IMG/VR virus record: IMGVR_UViG_3300035670_010208
Span: 1-63,037 of that record
DNA length: 63,037 bases
From: a virus
Lineage: Duplodnaviria > Caudoviricetes
Direction: 5' to 3' (one strand)
Shown here piece by piece: positions 1-9,123 of this stretch. The notes beneath the pieces were generated by a model that saw only the letters and a program-made list of their open reading frames with translations, had not been told where the DNA came from and searched no databases. Position numbers and translations under genes: made by a program. Each line of letters starts with the position of its first letter. Positions within the stretch are counted from its first letter, which is position 1.

Positions 1-435
1 AATATTAGACATGTTTGATTCTTTTATAAACCTAAGAGACTCCCAAACAGAACCTTCTGCGCATTCTCCATCGCTTATTAGACAATAGACTTGTATATCT
101 TTATTATAAAAAGCTCTTCCTGTTGCTATCGTTATCCCAAGACCAAGACTGCCTGTAGAGCAATATATAAAATTTTCTTCGTCTCTATGTGGGTGTCCTC
201 CGTGTTTATTGAACAAATATTCTGCATCGACTCTTTTAAAATGCTCCAACACACAGTAATAAGCAAGTGCGGCATGTCCAGACGATAAAATAAAAATATC
301 TTTATCTTTCATTTTAAGAAAGATTTCATAAATAATTTCTAGGCTTGAAAAATAAGAACCAAGATGAGATAGCTTGTTCTTAAAGGATATATCTAAAATT
401 CTTTTTTTAATTTTTTCTAAGTCTTGTTTTTCCAT
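1..435 (-). CDS. Transketolase N-terminal (ThDP-binding) subunit, 3'-truncated by the window edge
   Basis: Not in the ORF track. Manual translation from the ATG at 435: MEKQDLEKIKKRILD...SHLGS...ILSSGHAALAYY...HGGHPHRD...STGSLGLG...VYCLISDGECAEGSVWE. This contains the transketolase SxGH, TGSLG and (G/S)DGE ThDP motifs. Confidence 0.85.
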   Translation of the reverse strand, partial: MEKQDLEKIKKRILDISFKNKLSHLGSYFSSLEIIYEIFLKMKDKDIFILSSGHAALAYYCVLEHFKRVDAEYLFNKHGGHPHRDEENFIYCSTGSLGLGITIATGRAFYNKDIQVYCLISDGECAEGSVWESLRFIKESNMSNI

Positions 436-1154
436 TTATCTTTCCAGTATTCTTGTATCAGAGAGTCGTAATTAATTTCTTCTTTATGCATACCCCATGT
501 ACACTGTTCTTCGTGCCATCTATAGTTGTATCCTAACCAGTTTTGAGAAGGGTATATGAACACTTTGTTATCTGCAAGATTACAATACATATCATAATCA
601 GCAGCGCCAAGATAGAGTTCTGGTTTTGTTTTTAGTAAACCGTTCTCGTACAAATCTCTATTATAGATTACTGTCGGAGTATTCACTACGCATCTCGCTA
701 GAGAGAAATCTCTAAACTCTTGTAAAGAGCGATAGAAGTGTCTTTGAAAACCATCCGGCTTATCATTTTTTATATTCCTAATCGGACTTTGTAATGCTTT
801 TATTTTTTCTGGGGCAGATAAAATCAAATTCATGCAATTTTGAATATAATCATTTTCCAAATAATCATCAGAGCATATAAAAGTTACATATTTTCCTGTT
901 GAAAGTTCAAGCCCTTTAGTTCTTGGCTCGTCCCAAGAATGTCTATAGATATTTGGCGCTGTATCTATTATAAGTGATGGATATCTTTGTTTTAAAGAGA
1001 GAAGCTTGTCAAAAGTTTTATCCTTACTTTCGTTATCTACAGCAATTACTTCTATATTTTTATAAGTTTGAGAAAATACAGATTCTATGCATTGATCTAT
1101 ATATTTTTCAGCATTGTAACAAGGTATGATTATGCTAATTTTAAATTCAGACAT
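417..1154 (-). CDS. Glycosyltransferase family 2 (GT-A fold)
   Basis: ISIIIPCYNAEKYI...VIAVDNESKD...FICSDD, the classic GT2 N-terminus with a DxD-like motif. Confidence 0.92.
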   Translation of the reverse strand: MSEFKISIIIPCYNAEKYIDQCIESVFSQTYKNIEVIAVDNESKDKTFDKLLSLKQRYPSLIIDTAPNIYRHSWDEPRTKGLELSTGKYVTFICSDDYLENDYIQNCMNLILSAPEKIKALQSPIRNIKNDKPDGFQRHFYRSLQEFRDFSLARCVVNTPTVIYNRDLYENGLLKTKPELYLGAADYDMYCNLADNKVFIYPSQNWLGYNYRWHEEQCTWGMHKEEINYDSLIQEYWKDKWKNKT

Positions 1155-2058
1155 TTACACTCGACATTAGTTGAGATATTCTGTTTTTATAGGTATGAAC
1201 GCTTTTTATGTAGTCAATATTTTTATCTTTTAGATCTAAAAGATGTTTTTTTTCTAGACTACATAGCTCTAATGATCTATCAACCAATTCGTTTAAATTA
1301 TTTGATAAAACTATAGACGCTTCTGGTAGCACCTTCTCTATTTGTAAAATCTTATCACTAACAAGAGTACCATTTAGTCCTAAAGATTTGAAAGTTCTTT
1401 CATTTGTATCTAGTGATAGTTTTTTTTGATATGCATCATGAATGTTTAGGCATAGTTTTGATCTCAGAATTATATTAACCTCTTGATCGTGAGATAAATT
1501 TTTGTCTATAAAAAACCCGCATTTTAAATTAGTTTTTTCAAAAAGCGAAAATGTTTTGTTTATGATTTCAATTTTTTCGTCAAAACCATTATTTGCACGA
1601 CCGCCAATATAACATATATCAAAATCATATTCTTTTATTGGTTTAAAATTATAATTTATATCATCAAATGCAAGTGGTATTGTTGTAGCATTCCATTTTG
1701 AGTAATATTCGTTGTCTGAGTCTACAAAAGTCCACTGTTTTACATTTGATAAATTGTTGATTTTTTCAACAATATCATGATTGCATGATGATATAAAATT
1801 TGGGTGTTCTCCCCATGGTTTAGGAAAGTAATTTGGCTGTACAAAAAGAAATGTTTTAGTTGAGTTTGATAAAATTTCTAGATTTTCATTTTTTAAATCT
1901 GAATCTATTGCCATCAGATAAAAATCTTTTAATTTTTTCAACTGTTTTAGAGAGTCATATAGATAAACATCATATCCGAGCTCTCTCCATGCAGACGCAT
2001 ATCCTGTATAAATCCAAAATCCTGCATGTGCTCTATGTCTTTTTATCAAAACCTTCAT
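1147..2058 (-). CDS. Glycosyltransferase, GT-B fold (CgeB / Glyco_trans_1_2-like)
   Basis: DICYIGG, SKLCLNIH, NERTFKSLG...LVSD and C-terminal HTYKNR; lies in the GT cluster. Confidence 0.75.
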   Translation of the reverse strand: MKVLIKRHRAHAGFWIYTGYASAWRELGYDVYLYDSLKQLKKLKDFYLMAIDSDLKNENLEILSNSTKTFLFVQPNYFPKPWGEHPNFISSCNHDIVEKINNLSNVKQWTFVDSDNEYYSKWNATTIPLAFDDINYNFKPIKEYDFDICYIGGRANNGFDEKIEIINKTFSLFEKTNLKCGFFIDKNLSHDQEVNIILRSKLCLNIHDAYQKKLSLDTNERTFKSLGLNGTLVSDKILQIEKVLPEASIVLSNNLNELVDRSLELCSLEKKHLLDLKDKNIDYIKSVHTYKNRISQLMSSVNV

Positions 2059-2969
2059 TTAATTTGCTCCAGAACATTAGATAGCCTAATTTTTGAGTCA
2101 TGATCTTTCATGACTCTATTGTATCCATTTTCTGTTATTTTGTTTAAAGCATTTTTGTTATTCAAATAATATCTAATTTTTGATATCATTTCTTCTGGTG
2201 TTTTAAAAGTACATATTTCTTTTGTTGTATCAAAAAAATTATCAATCCCTTCATGATGCTCTGTCAACAGCATGGTCCCAGCCGCTGGCACTTCAAACAT
2301 TCTAAGTTTCATTTGCGTTTTTTTATGTACGCCATTTTCATTTAGACTAAAATTTATTCCTATTTTTGATAACGAATAAAATGCAAGCATATCTTCGTAA
2401 GAAGAGCCGTATGCGTTTCTGACATCAATTCCAGAATCTTTAATTCTAGTCAACAAAACATTTCTTTGATTGTTTATGTGACCGCAGAACCCAATATCTA
2501 TATTTTTAAATTTTGTTTTTGGGTATATCTCTGTATTTGTATGCCATGTAGCCATAATAATATTATTGTACCCAATATTTTTATATTGTTCAATATAAGA
2601 TGGCTCTGGTGTCGAACAGTAGTTAAACATATTACATATGTTTTTAGAGAACGAATCAAACCTCCACGTATCATCGCAGAACCAATTAAAAGTTAACGTT
2701 CTTCCGGATGCAGTTTCGTTTTTTATCTCTTCTAGAGGTTCGTACGGAGTGACATTTTTGTCTCCAGTTAGGCAACAAAATATTAAATCAGGTTTGAACT
2801 CTTCAAGAATATTTGAAAAATTTTTATTTAAAGGATTTACTGTGTCATAAAAATAAACTTGATATCCAAGTTGTAAAAGAGGAACATATATATTCCAATA
2901 ACCTATATCAAATCTATCTATTCCTGCTCTGTTTAAAGTTTTGTTTGTTACGAGTAGTATTTTTTTCAT
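2055..2969 (-). CDS. Glycosyltransferase, GT-B fold (CgeB-like)
   Basis: WFCDD, IDIGFCG, SKIGINF, MKLRMFEVPAAGTMLLTE and HDSKIR motifs. Confidence 0.85.
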   Translation of the reverse strand: MKKILLVTNKTLNRAGIDRFDIGYWNIYVPLLQLGYQVYFYDTVNPLNKNFSNILEEFKPDLIFCCLTGDKNVTPYEPLEEIKNETASGRTLTFNWFCDDTWRFDSFSKNICNMFNYCSTPEPSYIEQYKNIGYNNIIMATWHTNTEIYPKTKFKNIDIGFCGHINNQRNVLLTRIKDSGIDVRNAYGSSYEDMLAFYSLSKIGINFSLNENGVHKKTQMKLRMFEVPAAGTMLLTEHHEGIDNFFDTTKEICTFKTPEEMISKIRYYLNNKNALNKITENGYNRVMKDHDSKIRLSNVLEQIK

Positions 2970-2972
2970 GTC

Positions 2973-3815
2973 TTACATATAAGACAGAACTCTATCGCAG
3001 ACAATATGTGGTAAATTTTTCATTAAATTAATTAAATCTACCCCTTTAGTTGTCTTAAAATAATCTTCATGTTTTACTGGAACATTATTGTTGAGCATCA
3101 CAGACATATTAAGCATTCTTGCTTCTAAAGTTATTCTAGAGCATGATTCATAGCATATTGGCATAAAGATTAATTTTTTATAACATGATAAACTTTTTAT
3201 AAAAGTTTCAAAATCTTGATTTGTTTCAACGATTTCATACTCGATACCGTTGTTTATGCAATATTCTACAGTTCTAACTCTACCTTTGTTTAGTTGTTGG
3301 TATCCCACAATTGCACTTTTTTCTTTTTTGTCTTGATTGCAATATTTTTCCAACACTTCGAAACTTTTTTTCGTCCACAGAGAGCCGTTTACTGTTTCAA
3401 AATTTGAGAGTCCTGTTGTCGAACTGTATATTTCTGAATGTTTGGTGGTTTGCAAAAATACACATTTAGCATTATTATAAAAGCTGTAATTAATAACATC
3501 AGTAGATCTTGGATTGCTGTTTTCATATTTTGCGGGATCTCTTAGGGATAAGAATTTATAATCATGTTCATAAATAATATATTTGCATTTTTTAGTAATA
3601 AAATTAACTACATCTTCAGACAGTGTTGCAAAATTTGAAATTATTAGAAAATGATTTATTAAATTATTAATATTATTGTTGTTAACATTTATACATTTTA
3701 TTTTTTGCACTTCAATATTTCTATCTTTAAAAGATTCAAGCAGGGCGTCATCGCTTGCTTCTGCTCCCCCGACAAAATCTTCTATAAAGAAGTCTGACAA
3801 AAATGCTATTTTCAT
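2973..3815 (-). CDS. Putative glycosyltransferase (GT-B, GT4-like)
   Basis: N-terminal GGAE, internal NKG, and IFMPICYESCSRITLEARMLN (ExxxRxxxEA signature). Confidence 0.7.
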   Translation of the reverse strand: MKIAFLSDFFIEDFVGGAEASDDALLESFKDRNIEVQKIKCINVNNNNINNLINHFLIISNFATLSEDVVNFITKKCKYIIYEHDYKFLSLRDPAKYENSNPRSTDVINYSFYNNAKCVFLQTTKHSEIYSSTTGLSNFETVNGSLWTKKSFEVLEKYCNQDKKEKSAIVGYQQLNKGRVRTVEYCINNGIEYEIVETNQDFETFIKSLSCYKKLIFMPICYESCSRITLEARMLNMSVMLNNNVPVKHEDYFKTTKGVDLINLMKNLPHIVCDRVLSYM

Positions 3816-3816
3816 A

Positions 3817-5049
3817 TTACTCTATCTCTGATACATCAAAAAATGATGCAAACGATGTAGTTCCAAAAAATTCACTAAACGAATTATTGAATTCATCTGC
3901 TATTTTTTTGGCAGTATATTTTTCCCTAATAATGTTTTTAAGTTCGTTTGCTTGTTTTTTGAATCTTCCATGATCCTTGTATACTTCTGATAACCTATTC
4001 TTGAAACTGTTTTCTTTTGCATATGCCCAATTACTTCCTTCTATAATTATCTTAGGCATAAGAGCTTCTTGTTGTACTGGTTTGATAAGATAATCTACTG
4101 TAGCAAACAAAGCCTTGGGTTTTTTAGAATCTCCAATTTGATGATAAAGAAAATCTTTATATCCAGAATAGTCAGGTGCAATTATCGGCAAGCCGTTATA
4201 CGCAGCTTCGAAAAGAGGAAGTCCATAACCTTCTCCATGGGTGGTAGTTATCAAACAGTTGATATCTGGATGTTTGTATAAGTCATCCATCTCTTGATCT
4301 GTCATCGGTCCATGCAGAAGGTACACAGAACATTTCTTGTTTTTGTAGTTACTTACAAGTTCTTTTAGTCTTTTTTCTGTAAAAAACCTATCTTGTGTAC
4401 AATTATTTGCATAACTTGTTTTTACTACAAGACCAACGTCCTTGTTGTCATGAAATTGTTCAACGAACCACCTAACACACGATTCCATATTTCTTCTTGG
4501 ACAGATTTGCCCAACTGTTAGGAAGTTGAACTTAGTATCAAATTTTAATTTAGATTCAGAGCTAGTACCAAAAACCTTAACAGGATATCCTATATACTCT
4601 ACAGGAACCTCTATTTTTACTTTTTTCCCGTCAACTACATAAGATGTAGATTCAAGTATCTCCTTAGAGAAAGAAGAGGTTGTGATGATTTTATTCATCT
4701 TATTGCAACCTTCAATAAATTCCATAGAGATCTTGTCTGACTCGACACCAGCGGTAACACCTATATTTACAGGAGCAAGCTTCTGGTATTCATTAGGAAC
4801 AGATACTTGTATAGTCACGTCATAAGCTGCATTACCATTCTCCAGCGCTAACTGGTGTTTCTGTAGGCAATATTTAAAAAAACTATGCTCCTCTGTATCT
4901 TCTGAAACTATAGATGTTTTTGCCCATGCGGTTGCTAAAAGGTATAGATCTATATTAGAATTCTTCCTTAGAGCACGCATTACGTTTCGCGCATGTTCTC
5001 CATATCCACTTTGATTAAAGACAGGTCCTATTAAAAGTACTTTCTTCAT
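3817..5049 (-). CDS. Glycosyltransferase family 4
   Basis: SGYGEHAR and THGEGYGLPLFEAAYNGLPIIAPDYSG (EX7E motif). Confidence 0.9.
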   Translation of the reverse strand: MKKVLLIGPVFNQSGYGEHARNVMRALRKNSNIDLYLLATAWAKTSIVSEDTEEHSFFKYCLQKHQLALENGNAAYDVTIQVSVPNEYQKLAPVNIGVTAGVESDKISMEFIEGCNKMNKIITTSSFSKEILESTSYVVDGKKVKIEVPVEYIGYPVKVFGTSSESKLKFDTKFNFLTVGQICPRRNMESCVRWFVEQFHDNKDVGLVVKTSYANNCTQDRFFTEKRLKELVSNYKNKKCSVYLLHGPMTDQEMDDLYKHPDINCLITTTHGEGYGLPLFEAAYNGLPIIAPDYSGYKDFLYHQIGDSKKPKALFATVDYLIKPVQQEALMPKIIIEGSNWAYAKENSFKNRLSEVYKDHGRFKKQANELKNIIREKYTAKKIADEFNNSFSEFFGTTSFASFFDVSEIE

Positions 5050-5058
5050 TTTTCCTCT

Positions 5059-6300
5059 TTAAATTTTTACTAGATTCTGTGTGCTGAATTCTTTATTTGG
5101 CCAAGAACCACATTCTTCATGAGTTTTCTTTAGGTATTCTGGCCAAAACTTATTATATTCATCCCAATTATAGTCTTTCAACAAGTATTCTCGACCCTTT
5201 CTACCAAGCTCAGATCTTTCTGAGTGAGACATGTTGTACATCTTATCTAGAGCATCAACAACATCATCCATAGCTACACGATCTTCGTAGATAAATGGTA
5301 CTTGCTGAGTACCTACAAGAGTTTTAACTTTTGGTTCGATTCCGATACCAAAAAATTCTTTTCCGTCTGTTACCTGCTCTTGCATTCCACCAGTCATATT
5401 TACAATAACAGGAGTTTCACACAATAAAGATTCAGAAATTGGCATTCCAAATCCTTCTGCATCTGAGATGCTTATAGTAACATCTGCTGCATTATACAAT
5501 AATGATAAGGCTGCATCCGGAAGTTTTTCTGTGGAAAAGAATATTTTTTCATGTAATCCAAAGTGGTTTGCCACTTCTTGAAGATTCGGACCATGAACAT
5601 CAAACGGATCTGTGTGCATCAAAAGAACAGCATTTGGACTCTTTTCGCTAATCCATGTTGCGAATGAATGAATCAGTGTCGCTCCGTGTTTTCTGCCACC
5701 GTTTTTTGCATTCCAGAATACTACAAATTTGTCACCTAGTTTTTCATGAGTTGCTCTAAACTGATTCCTATCTTCTTCCGATACAGATTTATAAACATTG
5801 TAGTTCATACAATGCGGCATTCTTGTTCTCTTTACTTCCGGAACAACTTTTGACATAATATCATCTGTTACTTTGGAAATAGTTACAAGTCTATCTACAG
5901 ACATCCATATCGGCTTGTTGAATGTAGGAAGTGGATAATTGTCCCAAATACAGTACCACACCATAGGAACATTCTTTCTGATTTCATCATCTATTGCCAA
6001 AAGCCATTCATAAAACCTCGGATCGCTCTGAAATAGTAGAATATCAATCTTATTAGACAGCAATACTTCTCGAACAAGTTCTTGTGAACCAAATCCATCA
6101 ACCGGATAAATCGTCCACCTATCCCCCCACTCTTGAGTTCTCATTGGCCTGTAATCTTGATGCTTCATTGCTCCGCCAAGAGAAATTACATCAAATTCGT
6201 TTGAGTTTAAAAGAGAGTTTATAATATCTCTCATGCACTTAGAGACTCCGCCTGGAGCTAATGGGTGATCTCCGATTGTTAAAACCTTAATCCTCTTCAA
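5059..6300 (-). CDS. Glycosyltransferase family 4
   Basis: LYNAADV and SDAEGFGMPISESLLCETPVIVNMTGGMQEQV (EX7E motif). Confidence 0.9.
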   Translation of the reverse strand: MKRIKVLTIGDHPLAPGGVSKCMRDIINSLLNSNEFDVISLGGAMKHQDYRPMRTQEWGDRWTIYPVDGFGSQELVREVLLSNKIDILLFQSDPRFYEWLLAIDDEIRKNVPMVWYCIWDNYPLPTFNKPIWMSVDRLVTISKVTDDIMSKVVPEVKRTRMPHCMNYNVYKSVSEEDRNQFRATHEKLGDKFVVFWNAKNGGRKHGATLIHSFATWISEKSPNAVLLMHTDPFDVHGPNLQEVANHFGLHEKIFFSTEKLPDAALSLLYNAADVTISISDAEGFGMPISESLLCETPVIVNMTGGMQEQVTDGKEFFGIGIEPKVKTLVGTQQVPFIYEDRVAMDDVVDALDKMYNMSHSERSELGRKGREYLLKDYNWDEYNKFWPEYLKKTHEECGSWPNKEFSTQNLVKI

Positions 6301-6919
6301 GATTTCCTCCGATACTTTTTATGAATTTAACAGCAAATGGACACATTTTTATTATTACTATTTCATCTCCAAAAAACAACTCTTCTGCACATATTGCAAT
6401 ATATTCTATAAATGAAGTTACAGAATAAGCGCTTGGAAATTTATCTTTTATTATTTTTTTTAATTTATCGTATCCAAAATTTAATAAATATTTATCAAAG
6501 CTATTATTGTAATACAACAGATTGTTATATTTTTCGCCGTCTCCTGTCACATTAGTGACATACTTCTTTTTTTCAAGATACTCTCGTGAAGCTTTTTGAA
6601 AAAAAACATTTTTCTCAAACTCTTTAGAGTGAGAATGAATAACTTCATGAACTATACATTTTAGGAAAGTTTCTTCATCAGATACTTCATCTGATATTAG
6701 TATAGAACCTTCGTTATATACAGATAAATTATTTTTATCTTTTAGATACTGATGGTGTCCATAATAGATTGCGTCTATATTTCCTAGCAAATAATCTATT
6801 TTACTTAATTGTTTTTTTACAAAACTCCAATTAATATTATTTGCTTTGTTTATAAATATAATAATATTTTTATATACAATTTCTTTGTATATAATACCTT
6901 GTTTGTTTGGTGTAATCAT
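6287..6919 (-). CDS. Hypothetical protein with HExxH zincin-like motif
   Basis: VHEVIH with a downstream YSVTSFIEYIA glutamate; overlaps and is coupled to neighbouring genes. Confidence 0.6.
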   Translation of the reverse strand: MITPNKQGIIYKEIVYKNIIIFINKANNINWSFVKKQLSKIDYLLGNIDAIYYGHHQYLKDKNNLSVYNEGSILISDEVSDEETFLKCIVHEVIHSHSKEFEKNVFFQKASREYLEKKKYVTNVTGDGEKYNNLLYYNNSFDKYLLNFGYDKLKKIIKDKFPSAYSVTSFIEYIAICAEELFFGDEIVIIKMCPFAVKFIKSIGGNLEED

Positions 6920-6921
6920 TT

Positions 6922-7371
6922 TTACTCTTTGCTTAAATCAATAACATCTTGGAATGATTTTTCAAGATCTTTTTTTTCATCTTCTTGAGCAAATTCTTTT
7001 CCATGTTTAATAAAGTCATAATATTTTAAGACATTATTATCTTTCATTAATTTCTGAAGATCGCTTATAGATAGATTTAAAAATGAAGCTATTTGAGTTT
7101 TTGATCTATAGTTAAAAATAGCGTAATATAAAAATATAGAAGCTACAGCGGAGTAAAAATTTTCAAATATATATAAAGTTATTTTATTATTTAGAAACTT
7201 AGTAGAAAGATGAAGCTTTATGGCAATAAGTTCTTCTAAGGATATGTCTTGTATAAATTCTTCAAATTCTTTAGTTAATTTTTTTTGGTTTTTTAGATGA
7301 CTGTATCCATTTTTTATTTTAAAAAGTTTATCATCTGATACATTATATCTGTTTATATTTTTTTTAAACAT
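6922..7371 (-). CDS. Hypothetical protein (possible C-terminal helix-turn-helix)
   Basis: Packed in the operon; SKTQIASFLNLSISDLQKLM resembles an HTH. Confidence 0.6.
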   Translation of the reverse strand: MFKKNINRYNVSDDKLFKIKNGYSHLKNQKKLTKEFEEFIQDISLEELIAIKLHLSTKFLNNKITLYIFENFYSAVASIFLYYAIFNYRSKTQIASFLNLSISDLQKLMKDNNVLKYYDFIKHGKEFAQEDEKKDLEKSFQDVIDLSKE

Positions 7372-8083
7372 CTACATTATCTGAAGCTTTTTGCATTTCT
7401 TCTTCCCATGTTTCCATGTAAGAGACTAAGTTTTTTGGCAACCATGTCTTGAATACCGTTCTATCTAGTTTGTTTCTAAGAACGTCATATGTTGCCTCTA
7501 TTTGTTTGGATATTTTATCAAAGATATAGAAAGATTCGTCTCTTCCTGTTTCATCCATCCCTGGAATAGAAAACTCTTTCTTTTTATCTTCTTCACTCTT
7601 TTTTTCTTGCTTTACTTCGTCTTTTTTAAGAATTCCGTCTTCGTCAAAATTAGACTGATCGAAAACAATCTCCATCTGGGCTTTTTCTTGAATAGAGTCT
7701 AGTCCAAGTGACGCATTCATGTTTTGCGAAGCATAGAAATTTTTATCTTTAAGATCTAATAAATTTTCAACAGCATTTATTATATGCTTTTTAAAAGAAT
7801 CTCTTTGCGTCTTGTCTGTTGTTAGAGATTTATAAGATGTTTCTAGCTGATTTAAGATGTTTTTAAGAAGAAGCTCTAGCTTGTTGATTCCAGTTAGAGA
7901 ATTATAAACTATTTTCTTGCCAGCTTCATTAACAACAACATTTTTAATATGTTTTCTTACCAAGAAAATGTCGAAATTATACTTCTCGTATATTTCATTT
8001 ATTTTATTTTTAATAAAAATATTTACATTCTTAATATTTTCATGCCTGTTCATTTCATATTCCCTCAATTTTCTCAACAACAC
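7364..8083 (-). CDS. Hypothetical phage protein
   Basis: 239-aa ORF overlapping both neighbours on the same strand. Confidence 0.65.
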   Translation of the reverse strand: MLLRKLREYEMNRHENIKNVNIFIKNKINEIYEKYNFDIFLVRKHIKNVVVNEAGKKIVYNSLTGINKLELLLKNILNQLETSYKSLTTDKTQRDSFKKHIINAVENLLDLKDKNFYASQNMNASLGLDSIQEKAQMEIVFDQSNFDEDGILKKDEVKQEKKSEEDKKKEFSIPGMDETGRDESFYIFDKISKQIEATYDVLRNKLDRTVFKTWLPKNLVSYMETWEEEMQKASDNVDV

Positions 8084-8684
8084 TCGACTTCTTCATTTTT
8101 CTTTTTCCATACTTTTTAAGGGTTTCGTAATTAAGTTTTGAACCAGGACCTTGAACTGCACCACCACCCATTCCAGATGTTTCTACGACATCATCTGGGT
8201 CATCATACACCTGCTGTTCTGGTACACAATTTGGAACTTCTCTTTTGCCCTTTTTCTTCATTCCAACTTGCTCATATCCTGTCCAACACGGATCTGACTT
8301 TTTCTTCTTTTTTCTCTCTTTCACTTCTTCAGAGTCTTCGTCCTCTTCATTTTCGTCATCCTCTTCTGAATCAACATTCTCCATTTCTTCAGACTCTTCT
8401 TCTTCTGATGCTACGGATATAAATGTTTTTACTTTTCTTTGTAGTCTTCTTAGGTCGTCTAGAAGCATGTCTTTTACTCTCTGAGAGCCTGTTGAGTTAC
8501 ATTTTACTCTTTTTGCAGAAGAAAATACGTCGCTAAAAGCCTCATCTATTTCTCTAATATAGTTTGGTAGACTTTTAACAAATTCGTCATGAGTTATTTT
8601 TTTGTCATGATAAGTTTCTTTTTTATCTGCTTCTAAAATTGATTCTATGAAATTTTTATAAACTTCCCTATAAGATTGGGTCAT
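8055..8684 (-). CDS. Hypothetical protein, putative internal head protein with a CWxGY...VPNCVP module
   Basis: Acidic tract plus DPCWTGYEQVGMKKKGKREVPNCVP, a short module I recall from T4-like phage proteins; ILE-A-type site near the N-terminus. Confidence 0.65.
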   Translation of the reverse strand: MTQSYREVYKNFIESILEADKKETYHDKKITHDEFVKSLPNYIREIDEAFSDVFSSAKRVKCNSTGSQRVKDMLLDDLRRLQRKVKTFISVASEEEESEEMENVDSEEDDENEEDEDSEEVKERKKKKKSDPCWTGYEQVGMKKKGKREVPNCVPEQQVYDDPDDVVETSGMGGGAVQGPGSKLNYETLKKYGKRKMKKSSVVEKIEGI

Positions 8685-8824
8685 TTTTTATTTTCCTTAT
8701 CTTTTTTTACATCTTTGGTGTTCAAAAGAGTATTTACATCTTTTCCGTAAGTTTTTGTTTTTATATCTCTATCATTTTTTATTGATTTTTCTAAAAAATC
8801 TTTAAAGTTAAAATCTTCTGACAT
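8681..8824 (-). CDS. Small hypothetical protein (47 aa)
   Basis: Manual translation MSEDFNFKDFLEKSIKNDRD...KENKK*; GAGG SD upstream; ATGA overlap with the next gene. Confidence 0.6.
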   Translation of the reverse strand: MSEDFNFKDFLEKSIKNDRDIKTKTYGKDVNTLLNTKDVKKDKENKK

Positions 8825-8848
8825 ATTTACCTCTTGTAAAATTATATT

Positions 8849-9085
8849 TTATTTTTTAGAAGTTTTGGATTTCTTAACAACAACATCCTGCTTCTCTTCT
8901 TGCACTTCCGTTTCAACATCTTCAGTAGAATTTTTGCTTTCTGTTTTTTTAAGATGTTTCTCTATTGCTTCTTTTGCGTTTAAATTTGAATTAGTACCAA
9001 CGGCCAGCAAATAAAGCTCTTTGCTTTGCTCCTTTGATAGACCCTCTTTTTTAGCTTGTTTTTCAAAAAATTTTTTCTTTGACAT
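8849..9085 (-). CDS. Small Lys/Glu-rich hypothetical protein
   Basis: GAGGA SD; same strand as neighbours. Confidence 0.6.
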   Translation of the reverse strand: MSKKKFFEKQAKKEGLSKEQSKELYLLAVGTNSNLNAKEAIEKHLKKTESKNSTEDVETEVQEEKQDVVVKKSKTSKK

Positions 9086-9123
9086 ATTTGTTCCTCTATT
9101 AATAAATAGATAATTATCTATTT

